Origin: an uncultured Armatimonadia bacterium
Lineage (GTDB): Bacteria; Armatimonadota; Zipacnadia; UBA1398; CAZMGT01
DNA length: 64,000 nt
Assembly: GCA_964565895.1 (NCBI GenBank)
Contig: CAZMGT010000006.1
Span: 1,533 to 65,532, forward strand
Reading direction: 5' to 3'
Below are positions 59,517 through 64,000 of the stretch, piece after piece; within the stretch, counting starts at the first letter, position 1, and each line of letters opens with the position of its first letter. The notes under the pieces are model-generated. The model saw only the letters and a program-made list of their open reading frames with translations, searched no databases and was not told where the DNA came from. The position numbers were made by a program, and so were the translations under genes.

Positions 59517-60305
59517 CTAGCGCTGCTGCACCTCGAGAATGCGCACGCCCGTAGCGTTGACCTCTTTTTTGCGGTAGCCCGACTCGTCCTCGGGCCAAAT
59601 CTTAATAATCACGTGGCTCACCTGATACGTGTCGCCCTCGGTAGATTTCATGAGCGGGTTGTTGGGCAGCTCGATTACCTCGATCTCCGTGCCGTCGGTG
59701 AGCCGCTCGATGCGATAGTAGGCCACGTCGGCGTAGAAGTGATATTTCTTGTCGTCCGAGACGGACTCGATGTTTCCCCGCGCCTCGCCCTCATCGGTGT
59801 CGTAGTTATAGATAAGCTCGTCGCAGGTGGTCCACCACACCATATACTCATATTTGGTCAGCTCGTCTTCCTCGCCCGCGGGCTGCTCGCCCTCCTTGCG
59901 CTTGCGCTCCGTGCGGATCTTAACGTTGCCCGTAAAGCGGGCGATTTTCTTCTTAAAGTCCACGTCGCACACGTCGGAGGTCATTACGTGGTCGGGGTGC
60001 TCGATGCGCACGCCGTCCACGAGCCGCGCCGTGCGCTCCTCGCGGTTCCACCAGGCGTGGTCGGCGTACATCACGGCGTCTTCGTGGCGCATTTCCACGT
60101 TGCCGCGCAGCTCCCAAATATCTTTCTCGCCCGTGGTCACGCCGACGATCTCGTCGCACTGGACGAGGATTTCGCGCTTTTTCTTGCCCTGCTCGGGCTG
60201 CTGCGCAGGGGGCTGGTCCTGCGCCCGCGTTTGCCCCAGGGCGCAGAGCACAAGCGCCGCGCACAAAACGCACGCTCCAGCGAGCAAGGATCGCACAGCA
60301 GGCAC
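59517..60305 (-). CDS. OstA/LptA-like periplasmic protein
   Basis: Signal peptide. OstA_N-like strand pattern (GNVEMRHEDAVMYAD ... FTGNVKI). GTG start with GGAGGGAGG upstream. Confidence 0.5.
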   Translation of the reverse strand: MPAVRSLLAGACVLCAALVLCALGQTRAQDQPPAQQPEQGKKKREILVQCDEIVGVTTGEKDIWELRGNVEMRHEDAVMYADHAWWNREERTARLVDGVRIEHPDHVMTSDVCDVDFKKKIARFTGNVKIRTERKRKEGEQPAGEEDELTKYEYMVWWTTCDELIYNYDTDEGEARGNIESVSDDKKYHFYADVAYYRIERLTDGTEIEVIELPNNPLMKSTEGDTYQVSHVIIKIWPEDESGYRKKEVNATGVRILEVQQR

Positions 60306-60325
60306 GGCGCCGCCTCCCTCCGCCG

Positions 60326-61453
60326 CTAGGACTCTAGGTAAAAGCTCCCGGAAACCCCACCTTCGAGCGACACTCGGCCCTCGGTGGGGTTGGCCTTCGC
60401 CCGCGCGGCGTGGAACTTGCCCGCCTCCGTCTCGATGTCCACGCCCCCGGGCGCAGTGAAATAGCCCGTGTCTACGTTATATTCGACGAGCTTTGTGCGC
60501 ATTTTCAGCGGCTCCTCGTCCTCGCGCATGCGCAGCTCCGCGCGCACGTTTCCCTCCATATATACCACGTTGCCCACGACGCGCGCGCGCTCGCTACGCA
60601 CCACGGCCTCCCTCGTCGTTACGTGCACGGGAAAGGGGCAGAGGATGTCTTTCGTGTCCGTCTCGTAGACCACCTCGCGCGTGCTCAGGCGCAGACGCGT
60701 CTTGGCCCAGCGGTCCTCCTTCGGCTTCTTCTCCGGGCGCATGGTCTCCGCGATTTCCTTTACCGTCATATTAATCTGCACGTTGCCGGAGAGGGTAATG
60801 ATCTTCTCCTTCATGTTCGCCAACGCCCCGTCGGCGACAATTCTCCCGCCCTCCGGCCGCTGAAAGGTTACCTTATTGCGGCACTCCACGAGCTCGTCGC
60901 GCACGTTTACGGACATCGTCGCCGTCTTGAGCACGCCGCCGCGAAAGCGCGCGGTAACGGGCTGGTCGCACACGAGCTGCTCGCTTTCCCCGAAGTAGCT
61001 GGCGCCCCGTGTCGTAAAGCTAATCTCGCCGTCGATGGTACTCAGGGTAATCTCGTCGAGGACGGTCAGCCGCTTGGTTATCCGGTCGTAGCGCGCGCGG
61101 CGGGCCTCGCCCTCGAGATACTTCTTGCCATTGCGGAAGATGGTTACGCGCTTGGCGTTTTCGATAACAATTATGTTGCGGTCTTGGGAGACGGAGAGAG
61201 TTTTCGCCTGGACTTGGGCGACGAGCTCGTGCTTTCCCTCGCGCTCGGCAAACACCTGAAAGCCGGCGTCGGTCATGCGCACGAGCATGCCCTTAAGCTC
61301 AGGGGGCTGCTCTTTCTCCGGCGCCTGAAGCGAGCGCCAAGCGACCCACGCCGTAAGCCCCAGGAGGATGACGAGGCTGAGCAGCGAGCCGATGTTGCGC
61401 AGGCGGTCTTTGAGCGCCTCGCGCCGCGATATGGCGTCAACGCTTCTGTTCAC
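60326..61453 (-). CDS. Membrane-anchored LptC/OstA-like protein
   Basis: Single N-terminal TM anchor then a beta-jellyroll-like domain (ITLSGNVQINM). GTG start with AAGGGGCGGG upstream. Confidence 0.4.
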   Translation of the reverse strand: MNRSVDAISRREALKDRLRNIGSLLSLVILLGLTAWVAWRSLQAPEKEQPPELKGMLVRMTDAGFQVFAEREGKHELVAQVQAKTLSVSQDRNIIVIENAKRVTIFRNGKKYLEGEARRARYDRITKRLTVLDEITLSTIDGEISFTTRGASYFGESEQLVCDQPVTARFRGGVLKTATMSVNVRDELVECRNKVTFQRPEGGRIVADGALANMKEKIITLSGNVQINMTVKEIAETMRPEKKPKEDRWAKTRLRLSTREVVYETDTKDILCPFPVHVTTREAVVRSERARVVGNVVYMEGNVRAELRMREDEEPLKMRTKLVEYNVDTGYFTAPGGVDIETEAGKFHAARAKANPTEGRVSLEGGVSGSFYLES

Positions 61454-61602
61454 CGCGCCCGCCCCTTGTCATTCGCGACGCTCGCTGGGCAAAACTTTTT
61501 CAGCCCGTTGGGCAGACACTGCCCCGCCTTGCCCAAAGAAAAAGCCCAACCCCGCGCTTAATGTGCGAAGGTTGGGCGCCCTGCCATATGCTCTGCCCCC
61601 GC

Positions 61603-62070
61603 CTAGCCCGTGGGCCGGGGCGTGGGCGTGGGAATCGGGGTCATCAGCGCCGGCGGCGGGGGCGGGGGACTGCTCGTGCTCAAGCGAATCGGCTCCTCCA
61701 GGGTGAGCTCCGGGTTCTGCTCCGTCAGCGTAAACTGCTCCGACGTGCCGCTGCCAAAACCCAAGCGATAGGCCACGATGCGCTGCGGCACACCAAGAGG
61801 CACCCCGGAGAGAACGAACCTCCCGTCCTGCCCCGCGGTCGTCTGCACCGCGGGGTTAGACTCCAGGGCCACCTCGGCGCCGGCCGCGGGCTGCGTGCCA
61901 TCCTCGTTGGTCACCATCCCGCGCACCGTTCCCGTGGCCAGCGTCGGCGTCTGCGCGGGCGTTGGCGTTGGGCCTGTAGGCGTTACCCCACACCCCGGGC
62001 CACCGAGTGCTACAAAAACGGCGATTAGTGCCAGCGCACATAGCCACAGCGCAACGCGCGAGCAGTTCAT
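61603..62070 (-). CDS. Small secreted protein with carboxypeptidase-regulatory-like domain and Pro/Thr-rich linkers
   Basis: ATG at 62070 with AGGAGG 8 nt upstream. Motif GTVRGMVTNEDG...GAEVAL...DGRFVLSGVP. Confidence 0.5.
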   Translation of the reverse strand: MNCSRVALWLCALALIAVFVALGGPGCGVTPTGPTPTPAQTPTLATGTVRGMVTNEDGTQPAAGAEVALESNPAVQTTAGQDGRFVLSGVPLGVPQRIVAYRLGFGSGTSEQFTLTEQNPELTLEEPIRLSTSSPPPPPPALMTPIPTPTPRPTG

Positions 62071-62192
62071 CAAACGCGCCTCCTAAAGCCCGCGATTCCG
62101 CGGCCTATTCTAGCATCGGCAACCGCCGGGAGCAACAAACCCCGCTCACAAGCAAACTTCAGCCGCTTTTCGTTTTTTCCTGCACCCACCGA

Positions 62193-63362
62193 TTAAGACG
62201 CCGAAAGCCGCAGCTCTATCCCGCTTACTTGCCCTCCGGGGAGCAGCTCGATATCCACCGCCTGCGGGCGAAAGCCGCTCTTTTGCGCTGTTATCCGATA
62301 TCTCCCCGGGGGCGCGAGAAAGCGAAACTCGCCGTCTGCGCCGGTGGTCATCGTCCCAACGACCTGCCCCGTGTCTCTGTTCGTCAGGGTAACGGCGATT
62401 CCCGAATTGTCCTCGCCCTCGCCGGCAACGCACCGGCCGCTGATGTTATACGGCGCGGGCGGGGGCCCGCCTGTCGCTCGCGCGAGGCCGATCTCGATCG
62501 GCTCGGGGTTGGCGAGCACGAGCACCGTAACAAAGCCCGGATCGTAGCCGCTCGCCGTGGCGCGGATCGTCCGCTCGCCCACGAGCACGTCGGGCAGGGC
62601 AAACATTCCGTTTTCGTCCGTGGCCACGGTGCGTTCGCTCTCGTCGCTGCCGACGATCGCCCCGGCAATTGGCTCCTGGGTTTCGATGTCGAACACCCGG
62701 CCCGTAACCGTCACGCGCGTTTCGCCGGAGACGAGCTTAAGGTGCACGGCGTGCGTGGACCCCCGCTCGGGAAGCACGAGGACCTCCTGAACGTCGGGGA
62801 GGAAGCCCTCTACCGCCGCGGAGACCGTCGCCCGGCCCACGGGCACGCCGGAAACCTGAAACCGCCCCCGCGCCGAGGTGTGCGCCGTTTGCTCGTCTAC
62901 GACGATGCCCCCCGAGGTTACCGTAACCTTCACCTCAACCTCGGCCAGCGGCACCTCCTCTGGCTCTTCCCCCGGCCGATACTGCACCACGTCGCCGTCG
63001 ATCGTCCCGTAGCGGTTGGGGTCGTCCACCGGCTGGAGTTCGATGTTCAGGTCCGCCCCCGCGGCGAAGTTCAGCATAGTGTCGAACACCCGATAGTTCT
63101 CGCACGATACGGTAAGCGGCACGTCGTAGTCGGGAAGGGGAATATCGCGGATCTCAAATGTCCCATCGTCGCCCGTGGTCGCCTCGTGGTAGATGACTAC
63201 CAGCGCGCCGGCGATGGGCTGTTTTGTCGCCGCGTCCACGACTTTGCCCACGGCAACGCCAAACGTACCCCCCGGGCGCGCCCCGCACCCCAGAGCAAGC
63301 AGCGCCGCGCCAAGGGCGATGGCTGCCGTGGCCCCCGCGGCTATCGCTCGCCCGCGCCTCAT
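62193..63362 (-). CDS. Secreted or lipoprotein with three carboxypeptidase-regulatory-like (CarbopepD_reg) repeats
   Basis: Repeats of G.V.D..T..P..GA.V.......T...G.F....P.G. ATG at 63362 overlaps the upstream stop (ATGA). Confidence 0.55.
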   Translation of the reverse strand: MRRGRAIAAGATAAIALGAALLALGCGARPGGTFGVAVGKVVDAATKQPIAGALVVIYHEATTGDDGTFEIRDIPLPDYDVPLTVSCENYRVFDTMLNFAAGADLNIELQPVDDPNRYGTIDGDVVQYRPGEEPEEVPLAEVEVKVTVTSGGIVVDEQTAHTSARGRFQVSGVPVGRATVSAAVEGFLPDVQEVLVLPERGSTHAVHLKLVSGETRVTVTGRVFDIETQEPIAGAIVGSDESERTVATDENGMFALPDVLVGERTIRATASGYDPGFVTVLVLANPEPIEIGLARATGGPPPAPYNISGRCVAGEGEDNSGIAVTLTNRDTGQVVGTMTTGADGEFRFLAPPGRYRITAQKSGFRPQAVDIELLPGGQVSGIELRLSAS

Positions 63363-64000
63363 TTGGCAAGCACAACCCGTCGCACGGCGCGCGCCCGCTG
63401 GCCGGACTCGTCCCGCGCCTCGACTTGCACGAGATACGCCCCGCTGGGCAGGGGGCGCCCCGCGCTGTCCTTCGCCCGCCAAAGAATGCGGTTTGTCCCC
63501 GCGCCCATCCACTTCTCGCGCACAACCGTAGCCAGCTCGCGCCCCGCAGCGTTAAGCAGGCGCACGGTCACACATGCCGGCGCAGAAAGCGAAAACGCCA
63601 GCGCCCGGCCCCCACGCGCGGCGCTGTCTACCAAGTTCACGATGCGCAGCATCCCCGCGCGGCGCGCGGCAACCTCCAAGCGCAGCCGGCGCACCTCGCC
63701 GCTGCCCAGGCGCAGGCGATAGGCCCCCGCGGTGCGCAGGTAGGTGCTCCGGCCCGAGTGCTCGTCGATAAGCAGCGGGGCGAGCGTTCGCGGTAGAGCG
63801 CGAATGTCCGGCCAGCGGAGGACGACCTCGCCCGCGCCCCCGCGCAGGCCCACGAGCAGCTCATAGCGCTGCGCCCCGCTCGCTTGCGGGCGAACGTCCG
63901 CGAGAAGCAGCGGGCCCTTTGTCGGGCGCAGCGCGGCAAACAGCTTGGCCCGTGGCGCCGCGGGGGCAAGCTCGGCGTCGAGCCACGGGTCAAACCCCGC
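63359..64000 (-). CDS. 3' part of a longer gene; C-terminal FlgD-Ig-like / beta-sandwich domain (5' end beyond window)
   Basis: The frame is open upstream of the GTG at 63853 for at least 48 nt (to about 63901); I could not verify the remaining bases to 64000. C-terminal motif ILWRAKDSAGRPLPSGAYLVQVEARDESG resembles FlgD Ig-like domains. Confidence 0.4.
   Translation of the reverse strand, partial: AGFDPWLDAELAPAAPRAKLFAALRPTKGPLLLADVRPQASGAQRYELLVGLRGGAGEVVLRWPDIRALPRTLAPLLIDEHSGRSTYLRTAGAYRLRLGSGEVRRLRLEVAARRAGMLRIVNLVDSAARGGRALAFSLSAPACVTVRLLNAAGRELATVVREKWMGAGTNRILWRAKDSAGRPLPSGAYLVQVEARDESGQRARAVRRVVLAK

Overview
This is a GC-rich, gene-dense bacterial chromosomal segment with about 55 credible protein-coding genes. 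I found no rRNA, tRNA, CRISPR array or recognisable transposase/IS element. Most starts need GTG/TTG, and several first-ATG calls are preceded by Arg/Pro-rich N-terminal extensions that look like GC artefacts. Most long opposite-strand or other-frame ORFs in the track are such GC artefacts; I kept the frame with a recognisable domain, signal peptide or Shine-Dalgarno sequence.

Content in order:
- 5'-partial L-rhamnose isomerase, convergent with an Fe-type alcohol dehydrogenase, then a NifU-like protein.
- Carbohydrate-active-type genes: DUF1080, GH5-like, and a very large GH-like protein of about 1020 aa.
- A B12-binding radical SAM gene divergent from a transglutaminase-like gene.
- Two adjacent TlpA-like thioredoxins, one CxxC and one CxxS.
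- A DtxR-family repressor followed by FeoB, with no FeoA.
- A prepilin-type N-terminal/DUF1559 protein, WecB, and a standalone HNH endonuclease.
- GHMP kinase, NAD-dependent epimerase, M48 peptidase, a SigH-like sigma factor, GuaB and aspartokinase.
- A MoxR AAA+/DUF58 operon extended by a cysteine-cluster protein and an SRPBCC protein.
- A putative GT-A-like glycosyltransferase, a beta-propeller GH-like protein and a large vWA-domain secreted protein.
- A long minus-strand array: AbrB-type regulator, TolC, unusually long MFP, RND pump, four-repeat protein, FAH hydrolase, ABC-class ATPase, CheY receiver, M28 peptidase.
- A nucleotidyltransferase, OstA/Lpt-like proteins and carboxypeptidase-regulatory-like secreted proteins.

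The mix of outer-membrane machinery (TolC, OstA-like), DUF1559 prepilin-like genes and a SigH-like sigma factor suggests a diderm, Terrabacteria-related lineage, possibly Armatimonadota-like. That is an inference only.

The candidates I consider most worth follow-up are: (1) the tightly packed repeat-protein/FAH/ABC-ATPase/CheY/M28 array; (2) the MoxR-DUF58-Cys-cluster-SRPBCC operon with a nearby vWA giant; (3) the radical-SAM/transglutaminase/thioredoxin neighbourhood. None can be assigned a function from sequence alone.
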